Source: an uncultured bacterium
GTDB taxonomy: Bacteria; Patescibacteriota; Minisyncoccia; Phycocordibacterales; Phycocordibacteraceae
Direction: 5' to 3'
DNA length: 64,000 nt
Assembly (NCBI GenBank): GCA_963851445.1
Contig: CAWKPH010000001.1
Location: 361,363 to 425,362, forward strand
Shown: one piece after another, positions 38,713 to 50,789 of the stretch
How positions within the stretch are numbered: position 1 is the stretch's first letter
Layout of the letters: each line of letters begins with the position of its first letter
Translations under genes and position numbers: made by a program
The notes under the pieces: generated by a model
What the model saw: the letters and a program-made list of their open reading frames with translations, nothing else
Databases searched by the model: none
What the model was told of the DNA's origin: nothing

Positions 38713-39870
38713 TTAATTTAGATACACTGATTCTGTTCGGCTTATCATCCGGTCTTCTGAAAATTCTCTCTCGACGTGAGCCGCAATCTTTTCTCCGAGT
38801 GTCGTCCTTAATTCTGGACGCTCTATAAGGACTCGTAGTACAGATGCAAAAGCTTGAGGGTTGTCAGGTACTGCAAGTAGACCGGTCTCAGTATCCGTGA
38901 TCACTTCAGGAATGCCGCCAGTTTTGCTCGCGACGATTGCTAGCCCAGCCACCCCGGCTTCAAGGAGCGCCATTGGCATACCTTCTTTGCGAGAAGATAT
39001 GAGGAAAATATCAGCTGCACGGAGATAGACTCGGGACTCGGGGACAAAACCTAGGAGATAAACCCGATCAGTGAGCTTCAATTCCAGGACTTGCGCTTCC
39101 AGTGCGGTACGTTCTTCACCATCACCTAGCACGACAAGCATGACATCCGGATACTCCCTTGCAATAAGATTGAGAGCGGCAATTGCCGTACCGACCCCTT
39201 TATTGAGATGTAATTCAGATTGCATAAGTATCCAAAATCCGTTTTCGGGAAGTGTCGTGCCACTCACAAGTTTCTTGCGAGCATCAAATCGAGATAGGAG
39301 TGGGAAGGAAGCGACCCCATTATGCACTACAGTGAATTTTTGGCGGGAGAAAAGTACGGGTGCATCAAGGTAATCACGCCCTGAAACGACGATAACTCGA
39401 TGTGAGAAAAAGACAGTCGCCCAAGATCCCAGCCATATTAGTGTCCTTTTGACAGGTGAACGTGGTTCCCGATGGGCCCATCCGTGCGCTGTAAATATAA
39501 TTCTCTTGACGTGCTCCATACGACCCGCAAGTGCGCCAATGCCTCCAGCTTTTGAACTATTTAAATGCAGTATGTCGGGCCTCTCGTCTCGAATAATTCG
39601 ACGTAATTCCTTGTAGGCTTCGAACTCTCGTTTACTGGAAATGTCCCGCGCAAAGGAACGCACTACTATAGTTCGTACATCAGCATTCTCCAGACGTTCA
39701 GCGAGAAGACCTTTAGGAGCATCAGGAAGTCCAGTACCACCGAGTGCCACTATGACTCTGGCACCTTTCCTTGAAAAATGTGTAGCAAGGCAATAGACAT
39801 AGGCTTGGGCACCACCCCAGTTGGACTTTGTGATGACAAACAATATCTTCTTGCCCGCGATTGATTCCAT
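38713..39870 (-). CDS. glycosyltransferase family 4
   Basis: 385 aa. GT-B C-terminal EX7E-type motif (SRKEGMPMALLEAGVAGLAIVASKTGGIPEVI). Confidence 0.8.
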   Translation of the reverse strand: MESIAGKKILFVITKSNWGGAQAYVYCLATHFSRKGARVIVALGGTGLPDAPKGLLAERLENADVRTIVVRSFARDISSKREFEAYKELRRIIRDERPDILHLNSSKAGGIGALAGRMEHVKRIIFTAHGWAHREPRSPVKRTLIWLGSWATVFFSHRVIVVSGRDYLDAPVLFSRQKFTVVHNGVASFPLLSRFDARKKLVSGTTLPENGFWILMQSELHLNKGVGTAIAALNLIAREYPDVMLVVLGDGEERTALEAQVLELKLTDRVYLLGFVPESRVYLRAADIFLISSRKEGMPMALLEAGVAGLAIVASKTGGIPEVITDTETGLLAVPDNPQAFASVLRVLIERPELRTTLGEKIAAHVEREFSEDRMISRTESVYLN

Positions 39871-39918
39871 GTATCTACTATAACTTTACTTCGGCTGGAA
39901 GAGTTATACTATCAAAAT

Positions 39919-41253
39919 ATGCCATTTGTGCGCCGAGAAACGGCTTTCTTACTCACCGGGGACCTCGTGCTCCTGGTGCTTTCGTTATGGCTCGCTCTCA
40001 CTGTTCGGGTATTACGTCCCCCAACTATGATGTTCTTTCTCGAGCACGTTATTCCGTTTATACCCGTATTCGCGATTTCGATAATCGTTTTCTTTATCGC
40101 AGGTCTCTACGAGAAACAGACCCGTCTAGTCAGGCGCGTAATGAGCTCGCGTATTATCAGTGCACAGGTTGCCAATACCATCATCGCAGCAATTATCTTC
40201 TTTGTACTTCCGCTCACGATCGCTCCTAAAACAATCCTACTTCTATACCTTGTTATTTCCGTCTTGCTCATTCAGACATGGCGCTTCTATATTACGCCGC
40301 GTCTTTCTGTTACTGGTCGTCAACTTGCGGTACTTGTTGGCAAGGGTAAAGCACTCCAAGATTTGTTTGAGGAGATAAATGGTAATAACCGTTATCGGAT
40401 CCGTTTTATTGAGTTCATCGACACGGGCCTTACTATTCCAAGTTCAGTCTCGGATAAAATTCGTGCAGCAATTACCCAGGGCGCCCGTACCATCGTACTC
40501 GACACGCGTGACGCAGGAGTACATGGAGAACTTCCTGCGTTGTATGACGCAATGGTGGGAGGAGTAACCTTTGTCGACTTCGCTTCCTTCTACGAGGACC
40601 TTTTTGATCGTGTACCTCTTGATCATATTGATTACGTATGGCTTCTGAACTGTTTACCAAGAGAGCATCTTGCATATGATCTTGGTAAGCGCACATTCGA
40701 TGTCATTGGGGCATGCATGGGGCTTGTCATAGCAGTTTTCTTTGTACTACCTGCAGTCCTGATACTTACCCTGCAGGGAGGTACGCCATTCATTTTCAAT
40801 GATCGTATAGGGCGTGGAGGAAAAATCATCCGTATCGCAAAATTACGCACGATGCTTTTTAATGACAATGGTGATCCGACTCTCCATCAGAAAAACCGAG
40901 TAACCGGTTTTGGGAAGTTTTTGCGAAAAACGCGTATAGATGAATTGCCCCAGCTCTACAACGTGCTTCGTGGTGAACTCTCCTTCATAGGCCCACGCCC
41001 TGAGTTTCCTAAATTAGCTGAAATCTATGAACGAAAAATTCCTTACTATGAGATTCGTCACGTGATCACCCCCGGACTCTCCGGATGGGCCCAAATACGC
41101 GATTACGACGCGCCACGGCATTCAGCTGATGTTGAACGTACAACGAGCAAGCTTTCTCTCGATCTCTATTATCTCAAGCATCGTTCATTTGCACTTGATA
41201 TGGTGATCATGCTAAAGACACTGCGCGCACTCCTTGCTTTCTCAGGTGTGTAA
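39919..41253 (+). CDS. polyprenyl-phosphate sugar phosphotransferase (WbaP/CpsE-like bacterial sugar transferase)
   Basis: 444 aa. N-terminal TM helices. C-terminal catalytic domain with DELPQLYNVLRGELSFIGPRPE. Confidence 0.8.
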   Translation: MPFVRRETAFLLTGDLVLLVLSLWLALTVRVLRPPTMMFFLEHVIPFIPVFAISIIVFFIAGLYEKQTRLVRRVMSSRIISAQVANTIIAAIIFFVLPLTIAPKTILLLYLVISVLLIQTWRFYITPRLSVTGRQLAVLVGKGKALQDLFEEINGNNRYRIRFIEFIDTGLTIPSSVSDKIRAAITQGARTIVLDTRDAGVHGELPALYDAMVGGVTFVDFASFYEDLFDRVPLDHIDYVWLLNCLPREHLAYDLGKRTFDVIGACMGLVIAVFFVLPAVLILTLQGGTPFIFNDRIGRGGKIIRIAKLRTMLFNDNGDPTLHQKNRVTGFGKFLRKTRIDELPQLYNVLRGELSFIGPRPEFPKLAEIYERKIPYYEIRHVITPGLSGWAQIRDYDAPRHSADVERTTSKLSLDLYYLKHRSFALDMVIMLKTLRALLAFSGV

Positions 41254-41303
41254 TTTGCTCTTCCTATGAATATGAAAATGATTCGGGAAAAGATTGAATT
41301 ATC

Positions 41304-42116
41304 ATGATCATCGATGGCCGTGCAATTGCACAGGAGATAATAGAGAACGTGAAAAGGAAGGTTAGCGTATTTGATCGCGAGATTATCCTACGCGCAATTG
41401 TCATGCAACCAAACGCAGCAACTGAATCCTATCTGCGAGTTAAAGCAGCTCGGGCAAGCGATGCGGGAATTAAAATGGAGATTGTGCATATCCCTAATAA
41501 CGCCACGGATGGGGAAATACTAACCGCAGTAACCGCCTCAGGTGCCGACAGTGTAATCGTGCAGTTGCCACTTCCTGAGGAAATAAACTCGGCACGCATC
41601 TTAGATGGGATTCCCTTCGAGAAGGATCCTGATGTTCTCTCAAAAGTAGCATATGAACATTTCACACAGGGGAGATCTGATTCGCTCGTACCACCCGTTG
41701 TCGGCGCTATACAAGAAGTTTTTAAACGAGCGAATGTGGAAGTAGCCGGGAGAAACGCCGTAGTTATTGGAAAGGGAAGATTGGTCGGCCAGCCGGCGAT
41801 CGTATGGCTCGAAAGCCAGGGAGCACAAGTTGAAGTATTGACTCGCAAATCCACTGATTACTCACCACTGCTGTCTGCGGACATTATAATTTCTGGCGCG
41901 GGAAGTTCACATTTTATTACACCTTCCATGCTTAAGCACGGGGTGGTGCTCATCGACGCAGGTACCTCAGAGTCAAATGGTGCCATAGCAGGAGACGCCG
42001 ATCCCTCATGTGCCGAAGTTGCCTCGATATTCACACCAGTGCCTGGCGGCATGGGCCCAATAGCGGTCGCCTGTCTGTTTAAGAATACGGCTACACTTGC
42101 GCTGCGCGCTGAGTGA
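41304..42116 (+). CDS. folD: bifunctional methylene-THF dehydrogenase / methenyl-THF cyclohydrolase
   Basis: 270 aa. VQLPLP motif and the NAD(P) Rossmann GRNAVVIGKGRLVGQP. Confidence 0.9.
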   Translation: MIIDGRAIAQEIIENVKRKVSVFDREIILRAIVMQPNAATESYLRVKAARASDAGIKMEIVHIPNNATDGEILTAVTASGADSVIVQLPLPEEINSARILDGIPFEKDPDVLSKVAYEHFTQGRSDSLVPPVVGAIQEVFKRANVEVAGRNAVVIGKGRLVGQPAIVWLESQGAQVEVLTRKSTDYSPLLSADIIISGAGSSHFITPSMLKHGVVLIDAGTSESNGAIAGDADPSCAEVASIFTPVPGGMGPIAVACLFKNTATLALRAE

Positions 42117-42181
42117 GACATATGGAATATAGAAGACTATTTGCGAAAAATTGAAAAAACCGTACACTAGCTCGAAAGCCT

Positions 42182-43579
42182 ATGTCTCCCATTCGGTCTC
42201 GCCAAATACTCGCTGCTATCGTAGTTATTCTCGCAGCAGCTCTCCTAGCTTGGTTCGTCCTGTCAACCAATGGCCCCGAATCAACATTTCGCATTAAACT
42301 CGGGCTCGACCTTGCCGGTGGCACAGAACTCATCTACAAAGCGGATACGTCGAGTATCGTCGGTGATAAGACCGGTGCACTCAGTGCACTTCGCGATGTG
42401 ATTGAACGTCGTGTGAACTTATTTGGTGTCGCAGAGCCGCTCGTACAGCTCGAACCAGCTAGCGTTGTTAATGGTCAGAAAGAAGACCGTCTCATTGTTG
42501 ATCTCCCGGGCGTGACTAATGTGCAGGCAGCGGTCGCCTCAATCGGCCAAACACCAGTACTCGATTTCGATCTTGTTGCAACGAGCACCGCGCTCTCGCC
42601 TGCATTCGCAAGTAGCACTGCTAGCACTTCTGCCACAGCAACCCTCATTCCGACAGGTCTTTCGGGAACATTTCTCAAGAGCGCACAACTTCAGTTTGGA
42701 ACAGGAAGTGGCGCGGCAGTCTCTGGCTCTCCAATAATCGTTATAAATTTCAATGACGCCGGGGCAAAACTTTTCGACCAGATTACTACGAACAATGTGG
42801 GTAAACAACTCGCAATTGTGCTCGATGGCAGCGTGATCTCCTCGCCAGTCATTCAAGAAGCGATTCCAGGCGGTACGGCACAGATAACAGGAGATTTTAC
42901 GCCCGACCAGGCAAAGACGCTTGTAGAAAATCTAAACTTTGGTGCTCTCCCGGTGCCGATTATTCTTGAGTCCAGCAACACCGTTGGTCCGACACTCGGA
43001 AGCACAGCTTTTCACGCAGGTCTTACTGCTAGTGTCATTGGTTTCCTCCTCGTATCGCTTTTCATGATCCTCTGGTATCGCTTGCCAGGGTTCGTAGCAG
43101 TCGTCGCACTCTCCATCTACCTTCTTATCACCATAAGCATTATCAAGCTTGTACCTATCACTCTCACGGCATCCGGTATCGCTGGATTCATCCTTTCCAT
43201 TGGTATGGCTGTGGATGCTAACGTGCTCATCTTTGAGCGTTTCAAAGAAGAAATTCGCAGGGGCAGGGGCAGCCATGAAGCCATAAAGCTTGGGTTTGCT
43301 CGCGCATGGCCAGCTATCCGCGATGGACACCTAACGATGCTTATATCATCAGTGATACTATTCTGGCTGGGCACGTCCATTGTGCAAGGCTTCGCACTCG
43401 TGTTCGGATTCGGCGTTATAGCGTCGCTCATATCAGCTGTGTTCATATCACGAGTATTCCTTCTCGCTATCCTGCCAGAGGACGCCAGCGGCACATGGAA
43501 GTTTTTTGTAGGAAGCGGGATTTTTCCTACACGTAAGACTCCTGTTATACCGACTATCAGTAATGGGGAGACCCCATAA
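42182..43579 (+). CDS. secD: protein translocase subunit SecD
   Basis: 465 aa. LGLDLAGGTELIY periplasmic-domain motif and C-terminal 6-TM SSD-like region. Confidence 0.85.
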   Translation: MSPIRSRQILAAIVVILAAALLAWFVLSTNGPESTFRIKLGLDLAGGTELIYKADTSSIVGDKTGALSALRDVIERRVNLFGVAEPLVQLEPASVVNGQKEDRLIVDLPGVTNVQAAVASIGQTPVLDFDLVATSTALSPAFASSTASTSATATLIPTGLSGTFLKSAQLQFGTGSGAAVSGSPIIVINFNDAGAKLFDQITTNNVGKQLAIVLDGSVISSPVIQEAIPGGTAQITGDFTPDQAKTLVENLNFGALPVPIILESSNTVGPTLGSTAFHAGLTASVIGFLLVSLFMILWYRLPGFVAVVALSIYLLITISIIKLVPITLTASGIAGFILSIGMAVDANVLIFERFKEEIRRGRGSHEAIKLGFARAWPAIRDGHLTMLISSVILFWLGTSIVQGFALVFGFGVIASLISAVFISRVFLLAILPEDASGTWKFFVGSGIFPTRKTPVIPTISNGETP

Positions 43580-43583
43580 TCGT

Positions 43584-44570
43584 ATGTACGTCGTAAACCA
43601 TCGCCCCTTATTCTTTGCACTCACTGGCATACTCTTGGTTGTTGCCATTGGCTCTATAGGACTATTTGGATTGCCACTCTCTATTGATTTCACAGGAGGT
43701 TCACTCGAACAAGTTACCTACACGCACGCAGAGCCGAGCCTACCGACTCTCCAGAAATCACTTGCTCCACTCAATCTAGGTGAAGTGTCGCTTCTTCAAA
43801 GCGGCACAAATGGCGCGATACTTCGCAGCCGTACACTTACGCCTGCAGAGCATACGCAGGTCCTCTCTATTCTTTCAGAGAACGGCCAAGCTCCACTTAC
43901 GGAAGATCAGTTTAATTCGGTCGGACCTGCATTAGGTTCGGAACTCGGTACCAAATCATTGTGGGCTCTCCTTGCCGTTGTCGTTGCGATCGTACTCTAT
44001 ATAGCTTGGGCATTTCGCCAGGTCTCTCGACCTGTGCCAAGTTGGGGATATGGGCTCACTGTCGTAGCTATGTTGGCTATTGATATTATTGTGCCCACTG
44101 GCTTTTATGCGATATATTGCCGCATCACTGGTGCGCAGGTAGATTCGCTGTTTGTTGTCGCTCTTCTTGCGTTACTTGGATATTGCGTTAATGATGTCAT
44201 CATCGTCTTCGACCGCGTTCGAGAACATCTCCGATTGAATGAACATGCGCATATCCAAGAGCCATTTGAAGAAACAGTCGGCAAATCGATTACGGAAACA
44301 TTGGGACGCTCTATCAATACTTCTCTCACCGTAGCATTGGCACTTATTTCTTTGATCATTTTCGGAAGCGCATCGACGCGTGATTTCTCCCTCGTGCTTC
44401 TGGTTGGCGTTATTGCAGGGACATTCTCTTCTATATGCCGCTCGGCGCCACTCCTCATTCCGCTCGCCAAAATGTTCGCTAAAAATTCCTCACTTGCTCC
44501 AGTCACATCCGCAAGTAAGCCCTACATCCAGCAGCGAGCAACAACCTATAAGAATAAAAAAAGGCGCTAG
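43584..44570 (+). CDS. secF: protein translocase subunit SecF
   Basis: The start at 43584 lies just after the secD stop. SIDFTGG motif and 6 TM helices. Confidence 0.85.
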   Translation: MYVVNHRPLFFALTGILLVVAIGSIGLFGLPLSIDFTGGSLEQVTYTHAEPSLPTLQKSLAPLNLGEVSLLQSGTNGAILRSRTLTPAEHTQVLSILSENGQAPLTEDQFNSVGPALGSELGTKSLWALLAVVVAIVLYIAWAFRQVSRPVPSWGYGLTVVAMLAIDIIVPTGFYAIYCRITGAQVDSLFVVALLALLGYCVNDVIIVFDRVREHLRLNEHAHIQEPFEETVGKSITETLGRSINTSLTVALALISLIIFGSASTRDFSLVLLVGVIAGTFSSICRSAPLLIPLAKMFAKNSSLAPVTSASKPYIQQRATTYKNKKRR

Positions 44571-44579
44571 AATAGAAGC

Positions 44580-45134
44580 ATGATCATCGGCATTACTGGT
44601 ACTAATGGCGCAGGAAAGGGGACCGTCGTCGACTATCTGGTAGAGAAACATGCATTTACTCATTACTCCGCACGAGAGTTCATACTCGAAGAAATTCGCC
44701 GACGCGGCATGCCTGAAGACAGAAATTCTACACGCGAAGTAGCGAATGATTTACGAAAACAGCACGGTGCAGGGTATATAATTCAAACCCTTTATTTGAG
44801 AGCAAAGGAGTCAGGGAAAGATGCAGTAATCGAATCAGTTCGTACAGTCGGCGAAATAGAACCTCTCAAATCAGCTGGTGTAATATTTTTTGCCGTAGAC
44901 GCTGATAAACAAATTCGCTACGAACGAGCAGTTGCTCGCGGTTCGATGACCGATAAAGTTTCATTCGAGGAATTTTGTATGCAAGAGGACAGGGAGATGG
45001 CTTCAACCGAACCGTGGGACATGAATGTATTCGCGGTAATGAAAATGTGCGATTTTACTCTTACCAACAACGGTACACGCGAAGAGCTAGAGGCTCAGAT
45101 AGAAAACGTACTCATTCAAATACAGAAACGATAA
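44580..45134 (+). CDS. P-loop nucleoside/nucleotide kinase-like protein (dephospho-CoA kinase / AAA_18-like)
   Basis: 184 aa. Walker A MIIGITGTNGAGKGTV. Size and lid-like region are typical of small NMP-kinase-fold enzymes. The substrate is unknown. Confidence 0.5.
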   Translation: MIIGITGTNGAGKGTVVDYLVEKHAFTHYSAREFILEEIRRRGMPEDRNSTREVANDLRKQHGAGYIIQTLYLRAKESGKDAVIESVRTVGEIEPLKSAGVIFFAVDADKQIRYERAVARGSMTDKVSFEEFCMQEDREMASTEPWDMNVFAVMKMCDFTLTNNGTREELEAQIENVLIQIQKR

Positions 45135-45137
45135 TTT

Positions 45138-45671
45138 ATGGTAAATAAGTGGTACGTGATAACTGGGGGACCGTGCTCGGGGAAGACGACAGTAATCAAT
45201 GAGCTCGAAAAACTAGGTTATCGAATTGTTCGTGAATCCGCTCGGGAATATATAGACGGTGAAATCACCAAAGGAAGAACAATCACCGATATACGTGCTG
45301 ACCAAGAAGTTTTCCAGAGGGAAACGCTCCGCATGAAGGTCGAAAAAGAGAAAGCTCTTTCCAAAGATGAAATCATTTTCTTTGACCGAGGTATACCTGA
45401 TACCCGCGCCTACTATAAGATCCACAATATCGCGGAAGGTGATGAAGCACAAAAACATATTGAGAACTCATCATATAAACAGATCTTCTTTTTTGATACT
45501 CTCCCTATTCTGAATGATTACGGACGAACGGAAACTTCTGAAGAACAACAAGCTATTCACGCTGCTATTGAGAGGGCATACATGGATCTTGGTATGCCGC
45601 TCGTGCACGTACCAGTGTTGAGGATAGAAGAGCGTGTCGCATTTGTTGTCGCCCTAATGAACAACAACTGA
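45138..45671 (+). CDS. P-loop ATPase (AAA_28-like, NadR/nucleoside-kinase-like)
   Basis: 177 aa. Walker A YVITGGPCSGKTT. Sits in tandem with the preceding kinase-like gene. Confidence 0.5.
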   Translation: MVNKWYVITGGPCSGKTTVINELEKLGYRIVRESAREYIDGEITKGRTITDIRADQEVFQRETLRMKVEKEKALSKDEIIFFDRGIPDTRAYYKIHNIAEGDEAQKHIENSSYKQIFFFDTLPILNDYGRTETSEEQQAIHAAIERAYMDLGMPLVHVPVLRIEERVAFVVALMNNN

Positions 45672-45701
45672 TTTGATTACAGATAGCAGGATTATTGTTC
45701 C

Positions 45702-46388
45702 TTACGAAATGACGGTCCCTACAAATGGCTCGCCACTAAGATATTTCTCAAATTCATCAATTTTCTCGCCGTTCATAACGACAACCTCAAGCTTCATTTT
45801 CTCAGCTTCTTTCGCTGCTATAGGGTCAAATGGGGAAGAAAGTCCAGGATCCCATTCTGTAGGGATGAGTTTTCTAAACTCGGCCCACTCGATCTTCTCT
45901 AGTTTTTTCGCATCAGGATTGATGTGCGGATCCTTGTCATACACGCAATCGATATTCGACAGATTGACGAGCTTCTTAGCGCCCAGTTTCTTTGCCGCGA
46001 GGACTGCACAATAGTCTGTGGACCATCCCGGTTTCCACCCGGCACCAATTACTACTGGCGAATTAGAAGAAGATACCCTCCGCGTTGGATTCTTAACGAT
46101 ACGCGCTTGTGCCTGCTCTTTAAATAACGCTCGGAAAAGCTGGGCGTTGAGTCGCGTTGAATGAATGCCAAGCCAATCAAGATCCTCACGCGGCAAATCT
46201 CCACGCACTACTTCAGCAGCATCTTGATAACGACGTGCAGTCTTGCCACCGCCAGTAATAATATGAAAACGAAACCCTTGTTCGACCTTCCGAAGTATGA
46301 GATTGCGGAAATTGGTCAGAAATGTTGTATCGAGTTCATTGGGAACGATCAAGGACCCCCCAACGGATACAACTACATACTCACGCAT
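45702..46388 (-). CDS. pyrH: UMP kinase-like amino-acid-kinase family protein (archaeal-type PyrH-like)
   Basis: VVSVGGSLIVP N-terminus, TGGGKTARRY, and NLSNIDCVYDKDPHINPDAKKLEKIEW, which resembles the UMP kinase C-terminal region. The start is taken at the internal Met (MREYVVV). Confidence 0.55.
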   Translation of the reverse strand: MREYVVVSVGGSLIVPNELDTTFLTNFRNLILRKVEQGFRFHIITGGGKTARRYQDAAEVVRGDLPREDLDWLGIHSTRLNAQLFRALFKEQAQARIVKNPTRRVSSSNSPVVIGAGWKPGWSTDYCAVLAAKKLGAKKLVNLSNIDCVYDKDPHINPDAKKLEKIEWAEFRKLIPTEWDPGLSSPFDPIAAKEAEKMKLEVVVMNGEKIDEFEKYLSGEPFVGTVIS

Positions 46389-46520
46389 GGTGAACGGTGC
46401 GCATAGGCAAAGGTTTGACGGCTTCACCTACTATACCGCCCCGATCTGCTGGTCACAACTTGTGAAATATGAAAACTATTACGTACCGATCCGACCATTA
46501 TTTTCGGGCCTTACATATGC

Positions 46521-46549
46521 TTGACTCGTCCCTTCAGAAGGGCTAGTAT
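46521..46549 (+). promoter_or_regulatory. candidate promoter upstream of 16S (TTGACT-17-TAGTAT)
   Basis: -35 matches 5/6, spacer 17, -10 matches 4/6. Lies about 190 nt upstream of the 16S 5' end. Confidence 0.3.
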
Positions 46550-46736
46550 GGACTCATTGCCTCGTGGGGGCGTATTTTTTACTCTCCAGAGTAAGGCAGC
46601 GGCACCTTGAAAACAGAATACGTTAAACACAACTTGTGCATAGAAGTGCATTATATAGAGCTATACAAATCAGTGGAATATAAGTATGCAGGGAGAAATC
46701 CTTGCAAGTGAATTCTTTTGTTCCGCCTATTCTTAA

Positions 46737-48197
<1,461 letters not shown>

Positions 48198-48416
48198 CGG
48201 ACCGAGTTGATAGAGATATCACTCATTGTCGATCTGTTCGTATGCGGAGCGTTGAGAATTTTCTCAATTATTTTGCATGCGGCAGGGGAGATGACTGTTG
48301 TCCCAAAACACAGTACGGACGCCGGAAAAACGCACCGGCACGTGGGATCGCTCAATTGACGATCTCACACGGAATAGGCGGAACACAAGAGCGCACTTTC
48401 CACTGATTTAGATTCT

Positions 48417-48456
48417 AAAAACAAACAGCCTGAGTTACTCAGGCTGTTTGTTTTTA
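48417..48456 (+). terminator. rho-independent terminator downstream of 16S
   Basis: aaaaacaaacagcctgag-tta-ctcaggctgtttgttttt: a perfect 16-bp stem with flanking A-run and T-run. Confidence 0.7.
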
Positions 48457-48725
48457 GAACGTTGCGGTAGCGTTGTTCGGGGCATGCTCATTTTTCATGC
48501 GAGCGAGCTTGAGAACGCACCGACGCCAAATCCTATACTTATTCCTGTGTCGGCGAAGCTTATCTTCAAGCGTGGAGTAATGACGCCTATGTCGTGATTC
48601 GCGATTTGTGACGCGATGCTGCATCCTTAGGTTTGAGTATAACTCAAAATCTTCTATGCTGCTGGGGAAAAGGACAAAGTTGCCTAAGGGTTTAGATTTG
48701 ATACTATCCAGAGACCAGACAATAC

Positions 48726-48800
48726 GCAAGCGTAGCTCAGTTGGTAGAGCACCCGACTGATACTCGGGCGGTCGAAAGTTCGAATCTTTCCGCTTGCACC
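48726..48800 (+). tRNA. tRNA-Ile (anticodon GAT)
   Basis: Cloverleaf folded by hand. Acceptor gcaagcg/cgcttgc. D arm gctc-agttggta-gagc. Anticodon arm cccga-ctGATac-tcggg. 5-nt variable loop. T arm gaaag-ttcgaat-ctttc. Discriminator A. CCA is not fully encoded. Confidence 0.8.
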
Positions 48801-48872
48801 TATCCTTCCGTTTTTCAGAATCCACCACCGTCCAGTTCCTTGGTTGGTCATTTTCTGTATATACTTTATAAA

Positions 48873-49391
48873 ATGCGTGACTTTTATATAATCGCTGTAA
48901 TATGCGTCGTGGCGATAATAATCGGCACGGTCTTATTCTTTTTCGGTCCCGCATCGCTCCAAGCAGATGTCTCAAGTGCACTGCGTTCCGGGCCAAAGGT
49001 GGTGCCATTCACGGTACTTGCACAAGGCAACAGAGCACTTGCTGTTACAGACCCCACTAACTATAGGATCACGAGCACTGCTGAACTCGATGCTCTATGG
49101 CCACTCATATATGGGAGTGAAAGCGACTCAGCTATTCCAGATATCGATTTCACAAAATACGAGATACTTGCTGTTTTCGACGGTTCGCATCCTACTACTG
49201 GATATGGCGTAAGCGTACTCGAAGTGACCGAAGAGAATAATGTACGCACGGTAACTATTAATGATGCAGTTCCTAGCTCACACTGCTCATGGGCATATAC
49301 AAGTACGAGTCCATTTGAATTAATTCAAGTATCTGCAACGTCATTGAGTCTTACCCACATTGATCTGACAAGTACCACCAGCTGTCCGTAA
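48873..49391 (+). CDS. membrane-anchored PrcB_C-like domain protein
   Basis: 172 aa from the internal Met. The upstream part of the ORF overlaps the tRNA. N-terminal TM helix. C-terminal pattern (ELDALW...PDIDFTKYEILAVFDGSHPTTGYGVSV...) resembles the PrcB C-terminal domain. Confidence 0.4.
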   Translation: MRDFYIIAVICVVAIIIGTVLFFFGPASLQADVSSALRSGPKVVPFTVLAQGNRALAVTDPTNYRITSTAELDALWPLIYGSESDSAIPDIDFTKYEILAVFDGSHPTTGYGVSVLEVTEENNVRTVTINDAVPSSHCSWAYTSTSPFELIQVSATSLSLTHIDLTSTTSCP

Positions 49392-49451
49392 TTTCTAAAC
49401 CCGTTCGAAGCCTTTATTCCATCTTTACGTCGTTCGCGTTAGGATAGATTT

Positions 49452-50789
49452 ATGGACGCGAATAGGCATTTTAAGGCCAAAAAGATTACTGTTATGGGAC
49501 TTGGGCTTCTTGGTCGTGGTGTTGGTGACATAGCCTATCTTGCTTCATGCGGCGCAGAACTTATAGTAACTGACCTCAAATCATCCAAAGAGCTGGAAGC
49601 ATCGATTGAGCAGCTCAAAGAATTTCCCGATATACAGTTTGTGCTCGGCGAGCATCGACTTGAAGATTTTCGTGATCGCGATTTCATACTTAAAGCAGCT
49701 GGGGTACCAGCAGATTCGATATATATACAGGAAGCGCGCAGAGCAGAAATTCCTATTAAAATGAGCGCATCGCTTTTCGCGGAGATCGCTCATATACCTA
49801 TAATTGGGGTCACAGGAACGCGCGGTAAATCGACAACAACGCATATGCTGAATGCTATCCTTACGCGCGCCGGTAAAAAAGTACTTCTTGGCGGAAATGT
49901 CCGCGGAGTTTCCACGCTTGCACTCTTACGCGAAGTGACTCCGGAACATATTGGTCTTTTTGAACTTGATTCGTGGCAGATGCAAGGGTTCGGCGAGGAA
50001 AAATTCTCGCCACAGCTTGCGATCTTTACGACCTTTTATCCTGATCATCTTAATTATTATCACAACGACCTTGATGCATATTTGGCTGACAAGGCAAATA
50101 TTTTCTTATTTCAGAAACCAAAGGATACGCTTATTCTTGGGGCCCAGTGTGCAGAAATTGTACAAGAGAAATATCTTTCCCGGATGCACGGATGGGTCAC
50201 CATAACCGGCAGCGATGATTTGCCCAAAGAATGGAAATTGAATGTACCCGGTCACCATAATCGCTACGATGCGGCTCTTGCTCTTTCCGCTGCAAGGGCT
50301 TGGCAAATCCCGGACGAAGTGAGCAGAGAAGCCCTCGAAGCCTTTTCTGCGGTCGAAGGAAGACTTGAATTTGTGCGTATGCTCGATGAGGTCGCAATTT
50401 ATAACGACAATAATGCAACCACACCAGAGGCCACTCTCGCAGCGCTTCGTGCACTTGGAGAGGATTTGAAGGATGCTAATCCAAGTGGGCACATTCTGCT
50501 TATCATGGGTGGAGCAGATAAGGGTATTGATATGAAGGAGCTTCTTGAAGAGATCTCGGGGTGTGTGAAGCGCGTGGCGCTTCTTTCAGGCACCGGTACC
50601 GATCGTATCCATGAGTCGCTTCCAGATGCTCAAATCTATGACAACCTTGCAACTGCTCTAGGCGACGTTCGTATGCACGCACAGCCAGGCGATATAATCC
50701 TTTTCAGTCCGGCATTCGCGTCGTTCGGGATGTTCACCAATGAGTATGATCGCAATGATCAATTTGTTACTATGGTTCGGTCACTATGA
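49452..50789 (+). CDS. murD: UDP-N-acetylmuramoylalanine--D-glutamate ligase
   Basis: 445 aa. N-terminal Rossmann (ITVMGLGLLGRGVG) and Mur ligase P-loop (GVTGTRGKSTTTHML). Confidence 0.9.
   Translation: MDANRHFKAKKITVMGLGLLGRGVGDIAYLASCGAELIVTDLKSSKELEASIEQLKEFPDIQFVLGEHRLEDFRDRDFILKAAGVPADSIYIQEARRAEIPIKMSASLFAEIAHIPIIGVTGTRGKSTTTHMLNAILTRAGKKVLLGGNVRGVSTLALLREVTPEHIGLFELDSWQMQGFGEEKFSPQLAIFTTFYPDHLNYYHNDLDAYLADKANIFLFQKPKDTLILGAQCAEIVQEKYLSRMHGWVTITGSDDLPKEWKLNVPGHHNRYDAALALSAARAWQIPDEVSREALEAFSAVEGRLEFVRMLDEVAIYNDNNATTPEATLAALRALGEDLKDANPSGHILLIMGGADKGIDMKELLEEISGCVKRVALLSGTGTDRIHESLPDAQIYDNLATALGDVRMHAQPGDIILFSPAFASFGMFTNEYDRNDQFVTMVRSL

Noticed and set aside
48200-48725. Intron or extra gene between the 16S 3' end and tRNA-Ile. 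Possible TTGCCT-16-TACTAT promoter for the tRNA at about 48690-48720
   Set aside because: The 16S aligns contiguously to its 3' tail, so no intron is needed. The promoter match is weak (4/6 and 4/6) and I did not list it as a feature.
48454-49008. 184-aa minus-strand ORF spanning the tRNA-Ile gene and the 16S terminator
   Set aside because: It overlaps a well-folded tRNA and a terminator hairpin on the opposite strand. It is Arg/His-rich with odd composition. Almost certainly spurious.
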